NCBI GenBank assembly: GCA_040954595.2
Contig: CM082577.2
Span: forward strand, 4,278,305-4,342,304
Reading direction: 5' to 3'
DNA length: 64,000 bases
DNA from: Balanoglossus misakiensis
Lineage: Eukaryota; Animalia; Hemichordata
The notes below the pieces were generated by a model. The model had not been told where the DNA came from, did no database searches, and was given only the letters and a program-made list of their open reading frames with translations. The position numbers and the translations under genes were made by a program. Shown piece after piece: positions 32,815 to 43,981 of the stretch. Numbering within the stretch: the stretch's first letter is position 1; every line of letters begins with the position of its first letter.

Positions 32815-34276
32815 CCAAGTGATGCAAATTACCTGGCCATAATGGCCGTACCCAACAAACTAACAAAAGCGGGATGAAATTTTTCGGGGCCATGACAAGG
32901 ACGACGCTAAAGAAACGCGGGACCACAGCGAGACCGCATTCCACAGGGATTTTTCTTGGTTTCTTTGGTTTTGCTGCGCGCAATGTATTGAAACAGATTA
33001 TAGCTGCAAAGAAATTACAGAAGTATTTTTCTTTTCGAATTCCTTCACTTTTGTGTAAAGGCGTTGTGGTGACGACGGGGTCCAAATCAAAACCTGGCTT
33101 TCTGTCGCTGTCCAAAGTTAACTGTAGACAAAGTTTTGACCACTGAGAGAGAAACCAGATGACCCCCCCCCCACACACACACGAGCATATACCCTGTTCT
33201 CCCTTAGACTGGTGTGGCCCACACAAAACTCCAACCCTCATGTCCAGACCAATGATACTATACACGCCATCATTAATCAAAGACCGTGGACTAAGTCTTT
33301 AATCTATTGGTCGTCTGGTGATTCACATGCCTCTGACACTCTTTCGTTCGTTCGTGTATGCGGCCGGTAAAACGAAAGCAAATTGTGTCATTTTTCTCGA
33401 CATGCGGTTCTGTCTCATTTGCGCGCTTGCTTGTTTTTCTGTCATGAGTCGCATCTACCTGAGTTATCCGAGAGACGTTTCGATGTTTTTGCGATAAAAT
33501 ACATAGATTTACTTGCATCGGAATCAACAGTCTCGTTCTCACAGGTCATTTGAAGTTGAGTTAGCCCTATGTATTCGACGGAAATAGTTCCACATACTCT
33601 TCTAAAAATCACTTCGTTCAGTTAGAAGTTCGGTCCCACGAAAGAGTCGCGGAACTGGCACGGAGCTGTTTGAAGTGGGTTGACCCGAAGCCAAAACACT
33701 GAGGTGAGGTTATTGACGCCAACTCTTTTTATGGCATGCTTCCGTGCCAGGAGGCTATTAAGATGTCTTTACTCGGCCGACCATGCCGTGCAGAGGAGCT
33801 ATTAGTATTTCCATGTGACATGTACAGGACGCTACCCAGGCCACATATCTCTGTAAACAAACGTAACCCATATCAGAAATCTTACGGCTCATGCAATTCA
33901 ACATTCAGTCGCGATAGCGGCGATTAGCATCAGCAAGATGTGTAATTATTACAAGTCAAGGAATGCCTTTGAATAAAACTGTTTTGGCGGACGCAGGTTT
34001 TGTGTACGATACGCGATACGGGTGTAATGGCAGCCCAACAAATCGGTTACTAGTATTTGTGATTCACAGGAGCAGACGGATCTGATTCGGCGGGAAAGCT
34101 TGTTTGAGCCAAACTTTTATTTGCATGTTTCAGATGTCCATTGCTTAGCTCAGAACACAGAATAAAGAAATCGGCACAAATTCAAGGTTTATGTCATATT
34201 GCTTTTATTCAATGTCATAGTACCAAAACTACAACGTTTAATCTCCACGGGAGTATACCATCTTATTGCATGGTCA

Positions 34277-34458
34277 TTAAAGGTATACGGTCACCTATAC
34301 AAATTTAGCCACTGTTACTATGGTAAATTGAGATCTAACCAATCACAGATTTTCAGTGGGTGGCACACGCGAAAATAAAGCGTTCTTTAGAACACTCAAA
34401 TACGCCATTTCAACTATATATGGCGATATGTAAATTGGAGGTGACCGTATACCTTTAA
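34277..34458. mobile_element. Kolobok-like non-autonomous element (174 bp) with TTAA TSD
   Basis: TTAA-AGGTATACGGTCACCT ... AGGTGACCGTATACCT-TTAA: perfect 16-bp TIRs. Confidence 0.75.
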
Positions 34459-35289
34459 GTAGTGCCTCTGAAAAACGAAACCTAAATTCTCTATTTAACA
34501 TTAAAGGGCCACTAATCTGTTCTGAACTCCACGCTACCTTTTCCTTGTCACCAAGCCATGTGTATGTGTACTGACCATTGTTATTGATGCTAGTATTCAG
34601 TTCTAGTTCCAAGCGCCCATTACATCCAGCTTTATGTTTTCGATAACTTCCACTCATTGCGCAGAAACAAGGGGCGTGGATTTATTGGTCGATGGGGGCG
34701 TTATAACAAGACCCAATTATCCACATCCCTCTTCTAACCCATCTGGGCCTGTTATCTTTGTCGCTGTTTTCTGCTGTAAATCCATGGCTATGATTGAAGT
34801 GTGTTGTCGCTGAAGTCAAGCGCACATTCCAAATCTTGTCACGAAAGTTTTGCAAGAATTAAACTGAATTATTTGAGGAGTGCATCGTCCAATAATGTCA
34901 AGTTATTATTAATCTAAAAACAGTATTGAAAACATCAATCTGTGGTCAACACGAGAACTTTTCAAGTTTCGGTTCACCGGCTATTCTGCGGTTTTATGTA
35001 TCGTTTCCTCCGTTCATAATACTCATACAAAATTTATATTAAAATTGCAACAGTTCATGTCTATGTTACAGTTAAGCAATTCTTTGAATTTTTTTCTCCA
35101 AACGCTAACTCTCTTGTATGCATATCTTCGTAACCTCAAACTAGAATGTCTGGATTGCATAGCAACGTATCCTACGGACAAGTAGTTCTCTTTATTTCTC
35201 CCACTTTACGAAAAATGTATTAATTTGATCGTTCCTCTCTCCAGTGACGACGTTTACCATGTCGACGACACAATTATTAAAGACCAGTT

Positions 35290-36020
35290 TCAGTTGTGAG
35301 AATCTTCGTTCAGACTATCCGACGACAGCGAGTCACTGACTTCCAGAATTTCATGGTAAGTTTTCCTGTCAACGGTTCGTTTCCATATTTTCCCCTTGTC
35401 GCCGCCCCCTGGTCTTGTTGCGAGAGACGTTGTTTTCATCTTTGGTTTTTCGAGAGACAGCGACACCGGTCTTTCTCTGTTCGACGCGGACTGCTGTTTG
35501 TAGCTCGCCAACTGAACCTGCTGCTGTCGCACCAGCTCAAAGATCTCCGCCATGCTGGATCTCATTTTGCACTCGAAATTGCTCATCCGGTCGTTGAAAT
35601 CGTCGAAGCGGCGCTCGATGTCCGGGTTCGAGACGAAATCGCTGACGTCCTCCGCGATAACGTCAGCCATCGGCGGCGGCCGGCCCACGACGGCCGCTTC
35701 GTCGCTAGTGTCCGCCGGCACCTTCGCCGAACTCGACAGCGACACGTTGGTGAGTGACGTGGTTTCCGTTTCCGGCGCGCTGCTGGAGAACACTTTCGAG
35801 GAAGGGCGCCCTCCCGACGCCGGCCCCGCCTGGCTGCTGTCCGACTCCAGAATGGTGTAGTGGTGGTACCGCCTCTTCATAATCGACGGGCCTTCGGACT
35901 CGTCGGCGTCGGAGATCTGCTGGTAGCCGCGCTTCTTCTTCATCAATGGAGACGTCTCCTCCGCGTCGCTCCGCTCTTCCTGATGAAGCCCGTCTGCCGT
36001 TTTTGTGCAAGAGAAAGACC
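35290..36020 (-). CDS. KCNH2: ERG-like channel terminal exon with tetramerisation coiled coil
   Basis: CAG acceptor in phase; GC3-rich ORF to TGA; AATAAA on the minus strand at 35191-35196. Confidence 0.85.
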
Positions 36021-39000
36021 CTGATAAATACAAACAACGTGAACAAAACCAAACATTTATGCTCGTCGATAAAAGTATAAGGTCAAAAGTTCAACAGTCG
36101 GCCGTTCATTTATATGAATAATATGCATGCCTTTCACCGTCTTTAAAAATACAAGATCCAGAGAAACAGGGTCCGCGTGACGAATTTTAATAGAACATAA
36201 TCACGTCGAGAAATAGTCAAGAGTAAACACCAAACACCTGAAAATGCCGTGCTAGCCTCTGAACACAAAAATAATGTTCAGGTATACCGTTGCCGGGCAA
36301 CTGCGAGTAAACCACGATCATATCTTTCTGTCTTCCACGCTAAAGTTTGAAGGTGGGACTGTCGACCGTAAAAGGTTATATGCACCAGTGGATGTACATA
36401 GTGAAATTTCAAACTGTTGTATAGCGCAGGTTAATTGTTTGACCTACTGCGACAAAAGGTCAACTGCAAGAAATCGTGTATAAGGCAAACTTCTGACTTC
36501 GCATTATAAATAACACAGGTGCATATTTCCAGCTCTATTTGGAGAAATTACCCCGGCCCTGTGACTGGGAAACTTGAATCAGGTATGTGATGGGGGCGAT
36601 GCTCATGTGATATGCCACGATACGATATGGAGGTATGCCGACCCTCGAGACGATTCTCAGATAATGACACATTTGTAACTGTAGGAGAATGTCTGATAGT
36701 GATACCTTGTAGTTTGCATAATATCACGCAAACGCGTAGCCTCAAATTTATTTCGCAGATTGCTGCGAATAGTAGGCAAAGTGCAAGTGTAATGATACAC
36801 GTACCGAGCCCGGCCAGCGCCCCCAGCGGTCCTGATATGCACTTTTTAGGACCGATGCTGATAGTTGTACCCATTTTCAACGGCGTGATGTCACGCCCAG
36901 CTTTGTCTGGCGAGAACTCGAGGATGCCGACACCGCTCTCACGCCGCCAGTCTTTGCCGGTAGTCGATGCAGTTTCTTCCCTTGGAGCGGTGTTCGCCAC
37001 GTCGGGCACGTTGGTTTTGCGGTGGAGGCGTCGAGACCGTTCGCCCGCCTCGTCTTGTTCGTCTGTTTATCAAAAAATAAAGAATGAATCGATCGGTATT
37101 CCACTTTTCTGCAGCAAATACAAGACACCAATTCAGTGACAATTTTTAATCATCATTAAAAGCAAGGTTTTGCTCTCACAGTCAGTCAAATCGAAATGTA
37201 GTAACCATGACGCGCCATTGTACTGGGCTTTTATTCCTTGAAAAAAGGCAAGCAGTTTCACCGAACATAAGCTTATTCTCCCACAATATGCCGAGGTTTG
37301 AATTTGTATTTGTCCGACAGATACAATTAGGCTGCACGGTTCTTCACAGATTACTCGATATTAAACCGTGATTGCAGCATGTTACCAATTTATTGCTCTT
37401 ATAGACTCCTTTGTCGTGACATTTCCTCCTGCAATTATTTTTGTAAAGGTTTGAATTGATGGAGTCACTGACATACGCCGCGCCGCCGGCGAAAACCCAA
37501 ACGACTATATAGTGTTCACACACAGTCACGTGATTTTTTGTGGTTTTGGCGGGAACTGTGGATTTCTAAAGTGCAGACGGACTCGTTCACCATGCATGCA
37601 TAATAACTTGCGTCATGACTTGCCATGCTTCCAAGGCATATGATGTTGAACCGGGGTGTCTTCGAGCAACGAGTCCCGCTTACCGCTTGAGTCTTTCCGC
37701 CGACCGCGTCGCACGGGGTCCACTCCCATGGGAGGCATTTCACGCTGTAGAAACAATAATCGCAAAAGAAATTATATTTTTGAAAATGTGACTGTGAATA
37801 GTGAGAATTACAGCGGTTGCCACGGATACGTCTGTGATAGTGCTATGGTCAAATTCTGGATATAAGCGTCAAATTGGAGACTGACCAATTTTTTTTTGAG
37901 AGATCACGTGCACGTTACTCCCAACTGTTCCTGGTTCTTATGAGCTCATTTCTGTTTTTATATTTAAAAAAACGACAGTGACAACCATTCTCTTTCAAGT
38001 GGCAGGTACATAAAAACGCGATTTAAAACTGACATAAGTGTACATGCAATTGAATGCATGCAATATTCCTGACGTGCGCAGTAAAGTGAAATGTTATGTA
38101 CTATAGGTGTTGCTATGCAGGCGGTATGCTGAAAGGATGAGGAATGGACGTGTGTGGCATTTGTGGTGTCAAAATCAGACATGCAAAATAAATAGAAGTA
38201 AAAACGTCTTCGAAACATTTAAAGATTTTTCAGCGGTTGGCCACTCGAAAAAACGATAGTCCGATATGGTCATTCGATCACTTGGTTCACGCACGTTTGA
38301 CCATACAAAAAGTATGGACACACTAAATTAGAAATGACTGTATTCTTTAAGCACGTACGCGTGTTCCTCACACTTTTATTACGGATACCTGATCAAGGGT
38401 TCACTTCATTGCAATCACCGCTCCTTACATTTTATGGCAGGCGATAAAACAAATGAAAGGTTTTATCACCCGACAGTGTGAGAGAGATCACATAGGTCTG
38501 TATTGATTTTCGCGCTCCGTTGAAACATTCTACGAATCGCGCCAGTTTTACTATAATTGTGTTTCCAGACAGGAACTGTCTAAATTTTCTCAGAGTGCAG
38601 CTCTGCCAATATTTAAGAGGTGGTTATAAATCTTGGGTTGTCCAAAACCTCAGTGCGATATCAAAGGCAACCTTAACAAAAACGAAATTCCAGTTCGATT
38701 GGCTACATTAAGGAAGCAACCCGCTTCTGGGCGAGGGCTCATGTCGCGAGAAGCCTACAGGTCAAAGGTCATGGCGGCCCACTGCATCGTGATTGGCATC
38801 TTGGCTCGGAGTGAAAAAATATCCTTATTTTTCAATTTAATAGGCGATATCAAATTCCAGGAGAGCCGCGAATTGTTATTTCGCTACTTACATTGGCATC
38901 GAGACATTCAATAGTATAATGTCATCACTGAGCAGTGTATGAGAAGAAAAAATATTAGCGCATGTTTCAATAATGAGTAGCTAGTACATACCTCCGGTCA

Positions 39001-42000
39001 TAACCAGAGTTACATTTCACAGCCTCGGAGGGGATTTAGTTCAAATGAAAACCGGTGGAGTAAATATTGACCTGACCGCTATAGGGCCTCCTTGATCAGA
39101 ACACGGCGGAATGAAAACATTATTGACATGCAAGAGGTTTTATACGAGCGAAAGGAGATTGGATTGACAGCTTGAAACAACCACAGCTCCCGGGGGAGAT
39201 GAGTGAATCGCTCGATCCTCAACTGCAGATTGATGACAAACCGATCAAGGTGTGATTTTGTGTTTGGAGCGGCGCGATGTTGATGGCCAGCGTTGCAAGA
39301 AATTCGGTGTGCTTTTTTTCTCGCGCGTCCTTCTCACACGTGGTGGGAAGACGCCTGTTGGCTAGGTGATGATAACGCAATTATGGTCTGCTACCCTCAG
39401 ATCTTTCGCTAGGACAACACAGTTAAAAAAAAAAGTTAAAAACGTACTTCCACTGTGGTACAAAAAAATCCTCCCCGACGGGGAATTGAACCCCGGTCTT
39501 CCGCGTGACAGGCGGAGATACTCACCACTATACTATCGAGGATTCACGCTCTTTATTTGAAATCACTCTTTGTCTTTGCAAATTATGTTGTCATTCGTAT
39601 TTACAAAAAATGTCCAAAAATGTGTGTGGTTGAATGTTGATTCACTGTATGTCCACATGTACAATAACATAAACATAATGTATTGTATCAAACATAATTA
39701 ATGAAAAAGGGCAGCGGGAGAGAGACTTTGTCCCTTTAAAGTATTCCGCGAGTTAACGGTTTTGCAATAAAGCTTCACGTCATTTCAATATGTGGACCTT
39801 CATCCGCCGCGACCACATTAAAAGCCCGCGGAAATTTATAGCAATTCGATGTACACGGAACTCATGCAGAAGCGTGTGATTCGCTAATCGTGTGTAAACC
39901 TCGATAACGGACGGAACACGCCCTTTTGCGTCAGTGCCCATTCCACACCAATAAACCGACAGATTGGCAAACTAAAACCGATATGCTTTCCCGTCGACGA
40001 ATGCGAGTTGGCTCGCTCTTGCATGGGTTTAAGGTAGTACAGGCCTCGAAAATCAAAGTCTCAAACTTTTCTCATATTTTGCTCAGGACAGTTTTAGACT
40101 ATCCCCCCTTAAAATTGATAAATAAAAGACTGAGGGTCACCGTGTACAATTTTTAATGGGAGGGCCAAATTGTTTCAAATTTGAAATTCAAAATGGCCGC
40201 CAATGTCTGTGTTAACTCTATGGAGAAAATTTAATGTGGTTATTTTGATAAAAACAAGACGGTGAACACCCTGTTTTCTTCTTTGTTTTTCAAAATTACT
40301 CCTCACAAACTTAAATATAGCAAAGCATTGAAAGGTTTGAAGTACTATAATTAGCTTTCTTAAAATGTGCCCCCAAGACGCATTTCACCTTAATTGGTAT
40401 TCCACGGCGATCGTCGATGATTGCTGTGGTTTTGCCGCGTGAGGGTTCAGCAACGTCGATGTGTATACAATCTTTACTCGGCGATCGATCGGATGATCAC
40501 GGAGTAGAAATGTTATTTAAAAAGAGTGGAGGAAAGAAAAAGACATTTCCCCAGGAAATTGGTATTTGAAATAGAATCCCGATAAAAAACACCTATAGTA
40601 GCCACGTCAATTTCCCAAGAGAAACTGTCGCAAACAAACTAGATTTTGGGGTTCCAAGCAAAATTAATCCAGTCACTATAGGCTATACCTTAATGAAACG
40701 CTACTCACATCTCTCAGGTCGAAGGTTATTTGAAGTCTGGATCCAAACTGCTGCTTGAACTCGGGGTACAGCGTGAAAACTTCTAACAAGTCCTCCCGCA
40801 CGATCTTGTGCAAATCGCAGTAGGTTAAGGCTCTCACGGTTGAATTGGATCGGCCGGCGTTGTCGTGAATGCAGACGTTTTCACCGAACACGTCGCTTTT
40901 CCCTGCAGGAGGAATAGTAACCAAACCGTGTTAGTATCAATATGCGTGCGTCTCTCCACATCACGAAATTCGTGAAATGTCAAAAGGAGATCTTGGGCTG
41001 GCATAATGTCTCTCTGAAAGACACACACTTACCCAGTATTGCCATGACAACGTCGTCGCGGAGGATCTCGATGGAGCCTCTGGAGACGAAGTACAGCGCG
41101 GTCAGTCCGTCACCCCGGTGTATCAGTGTATCGCCCGGGCCGGCGTGCGTTGTGCGAAACTGCATGGACAGGGCTTTCAGACAGCCCTGGCTGGCTCCTT
41201 TGAACGCCTTGCAACTGTTCAATAAGTTTCTGTTCATGTGAAGGCATATCTCCGCTTGTAGAAATTCCGGCAAGTCTTTCATCAGCTGAAATGTAGATAA
41301 AAGAAAGCACACTGTTATGATTATGTTATATCATATGCTTTCAGTAAGCGTAACTGGTTATAATCACCAAAATTGCGTTGTGGTCCACGCAAAACATCCA
41401 AGCTACGCGTATTACGCCCGAAATGTTTGTGCGCGCTGCACATGATCATGCGTACGAATAAATACAGACCACAGCGAGTTTAATACATACGTGTACTTTT
41501 GCGAATCGCGTGATATACAACTTGTAGGAGACCGCTGTGTAACTCGGTGGCAATATGTACCGGTGCCATGCAAACACCAAATGCCAGACATAGCGACAAC
41601 GAAATATACATGTAACACAGCAGACGCCTCAGCGTGTATCCATGTATAAGAATGACCCTAGAGAGTTTGCTAGACATTAGCTTGATGCTTCCGAGCACAT
41701 ATTCAACTCATATAAATATCGCTAAAATTTCAACACGTAATTTTAACCAAAGGTTTGACAATTTTCACACTTTAAATGCAATTAACCCCCCCCCCCCCAT
41801 GTGCATTTCGTTCAGTGTAGCCTCGACGAAGATTCTCATTTGCATAAACATGGCGACCATGACGACATCATGGCCATCAGCATGCAAACTAAACCACCAA
41901 TTGCGTGATATTTACCTCTGTCATGTCCATGCCATTGGTGTAGGACCACGCATGCTCAAAGTACTCTTTCAGTCTCTGCCTGAGCGGGCTTGGGATCTGA

Positions 42001-42263
42001 TGGAAACGGATGAATTCCTTCACAAGTCCGACTTCTTCCTGGTAGCGAGCCATGCCGCGATAAAGTCGCTCGATGATTGCCGTCACGTTACCAAATATAG
42101 ACGCGTACATCAATGCTGTAGATGGGAACAGCGATAAAACCTCAATTCTACTGATCTGAACAACGTCAAAACTCTAAAGTCTGATAAAGTGGAAACATCT
42201 TGAAGAAATAGGTCGACCGATGAAACGTACATGTGCATTGTTAGTGACACTTAAGCTTAGCCT

Positions 42264-42315
<52 letters not shown>

Positions 42316-43981
42316 TCAACATGTATTTTATAGAGGCATACTTACAACCCACCAGCATAGTCAAAATGGAGAACAGTTTCTCGGCGTCGGTATTCGGCGC
42401 GATATTTCCAAAACCGACCGTGGTCAGTGTCGTCAGGACGAAATACAGAGAAGACACATATTTGTTGGTGATCGTGGGCCCGGTGCTGCTGGACCCGTTC
42501 TTGTAGAACTCCGCCGTGCTTTCGGCGAGCGTGCCCAGCCATCCTATGTCCGGGTCGTGCAGCGTGGCCCGTTCCATGCTCCCGATGGCGTGCCACACGC
42601 AGGCCAACCAGTGCGATATCAGCGTGAACGTGCACATCAGCAGCATCAGCACGGCGGGCGCGTACTGGGAATAATTGCCCAGTTTTCGTATGACTCGCAG
42701 TAACCGCAGCAGTCGGGCGGTCTTCAGTAATCCCATCGTTGTGGTCGCCTACAGGTTGCAATGCGATATCACTGTCTTTATTAAGTATTCGTGTGGATCG
42801 TGCGTAGGGGTGCTCTAAATGTACCTACCTACCTAGACATATTATTAAACATACCCCGAAAGAAAAAAAAAATGAAAAGTGATAAGTGAAACGGGGGTAC
42901 TATATACAGTGTAGGTATATAAGTGAAACGTATAGGTGCGGAGGTATGTAGTCGGGTGAACGACCAACGGAATGGTGGGGTTTCAACAAAATGGTTGCCA
43001 AGCTGCAATCAAGCGGAAAGGGACTCCCCGCCCTCGGTTTAAGGGTGCCTATACATGTCGATCTTTGTTGAACCAAGTCGTGCGGATAGAGCGACGGGTT
43101 CTCAAACGATTTCGATGTAATGGAATGCACGCAGTGTCTAGACTGTATTTGAATAAGTAGAATTAAATTGTTATAAATTGATATGAACGTGTTTTGTATA
43201 TTATAAAACAGTTTCCATCATTCATATATCGTCACTATGTGAAGTGCTGGTATCGATCACATCGATCGCGCTTAACAAACAGTTCTGGCGAAGTAACAAA
43301 GTAACAGGCCAGGCTCGACGCGTTCTCTCTTTGGTGAAAAATACCCCGCATGTTATCGGTTGTGAAAAGTCCTGAATCCAGACTCCTCTGTTTTTTTTCG
43401 CCATGCTCCGGGCTCATGTGTTTTCTCGCTATGGTCCACACAGGATTGTGGAGCATACCGAAAAAAAATCTCACAGGAGTCATGGATTCTGGACCAGTTG
43501 TGAAATGCTCCGAACTTACGCCTTCTGTGGATGACCCGAACAGCAGAAGGTCAAACGGGATGGCGGCGAGCGCGTCGATGGCGAACCATCCCTTTAGGTA
43601 ATTCTGGGCGATCTTCTTCGGGTGCGAGATCACCTCGTGGTGCTTGTTGACGTACGTCGTGCGGAAGTTGATGAAGATGTCCACTATGAACATGCAGTCC
43701 ACGATGAGGTCGATGATGACCAGCGGGTCGCCGTACCGGTTGGACACGCCCCCGCCGCCGCGCGTCTCCGGGTCCTTGTTCAGCACGGCCTGCACCTGGT
43801 CGTTCTGGATCAAGAAGGCGGCCGCGTACGGCGTGAATATCGCCGTGTAGATGACCAGCAGGAGCACAATCCAGTCCCACACTGCTTTGAAAGGCGAATA
43901 GTGGAGGATGGTGAGCTTGTGGATTCGCGGTCGCGGCGGTTTGTACTCCGGCACGCCGACGATATCAGCGATGACCGATGG
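35290..43981 (-). CDS. KCNH2: Voltage-gated K+ channel, ERG (KCNH2/6/7) subfamily, 5'-incomplete; complement join(43981..43520,42748..42346,42115..41916,41285..41033,40902..40709,37744..37684,37062..36805,36020..35290), ~853 aa from these exons
   Basis: [23 protein letters not shown]4 [14 protein letters not shown], filter TVGFGN, S6 [12 protein letters not shown]-linker/CNBHD ending ITFDLRD (hERG ITFNLRD), and C-terminal coiled coil [33 protein letters not shown]. All junctions are GT-AG and phase-consistent. The symbol denotes the subfamily, not 1:1 orthology. Confidence 0.92.
36805..37062 (-). CDS. KCNH2: ERG-like channel C-terminal exon
   Basis: Phase 1-1 exon [15 protein letters not shown]...GILEFSPDK...GALAGL; CAG/GTACGT. 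Confidence 0.75.
37684..37744 (-). CDS. KCNH2: ERG-like channel 61-nt C-terminal exon
   Basis: tttctacag acceptor, [26 protein letters not shown] donor. Supplies the phase 0 to phase 1 change needed between the flanking exons. Confidence 0.7.
39462..39468 (-). terminator. Pol III terminator (T7) after tRNA-Asp
   Basis: Run of 7 T on the minus strand, 2 nt after the tRNA 3' end. Confidence 0.8.
39471..39542 (-). tRNA. tRNA-Asp (GUC)
   Basis: Reverse complement TCCTCGATAGTATAGTGGTGAGTATCTCCGCCTGTCACGCGGAAGACCGGGGTTCAATTCCCCGTCGGGGAG: 72 nt, paired acceptor, anticodon and T stems, GTC anticodon, A and B boxes. Confidence 0.96.
40029..40393. mobile_element. Probable degenerate TTAA-flanked (Kolobok-like) non-autonomous element
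   Basis: TTAA-GGTAGTACAGGCCTCG ... CAAGACGCATTTCACC-TTAA; imperfect TIRs. Confidence 0.45.
40709..40902 (-). CDS. KCNH2: ERG-like channel exon, CNBHD end
   Basis: GKSDVFGE...[12 protein letters not shown]...ITFDLRD. Confidence 0.93.
41033..41285 (-). CDS. KCNH2: ERG-like channel exon, C-linker/CNBHD
   Basis: [19 protein letters not shown]...[17 protein letters not shown]. Confidence 0.93.
41916..42115 (-). CDS. KCNH2: ERG-like channel exon, S6/C-linker
   Basis: [18 protein letters not shown]...[11 protein letters not shown]. Confidence 0.93.
42263..42317. repeat. (TTTC)n microsatellite
   Basis: Read directly; lies in a KCNH intron next to the donor at 42345. Confidence 0.95.
42346..42748 (-). 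CDS. KCNH2: ERG-like channel exon, S4-S5-pore-S6
   Basis: TAG acceptor; GFG filter; GTAAGT donor. Confidence 0.94.
43520..43981 (-). CDS. KCNH2: ERG-like channel exon, S1-S3
   Basis: ttttccctgacag acceptor, phase 0; GTAAGT donor. Confidence 0.93.

Noticed and set aside
42257-42345. KERKKERK tail of the pore ORF
   Set aside because: Intronic (TTTC)n repeat read past the GTAAGT donor at 42345.
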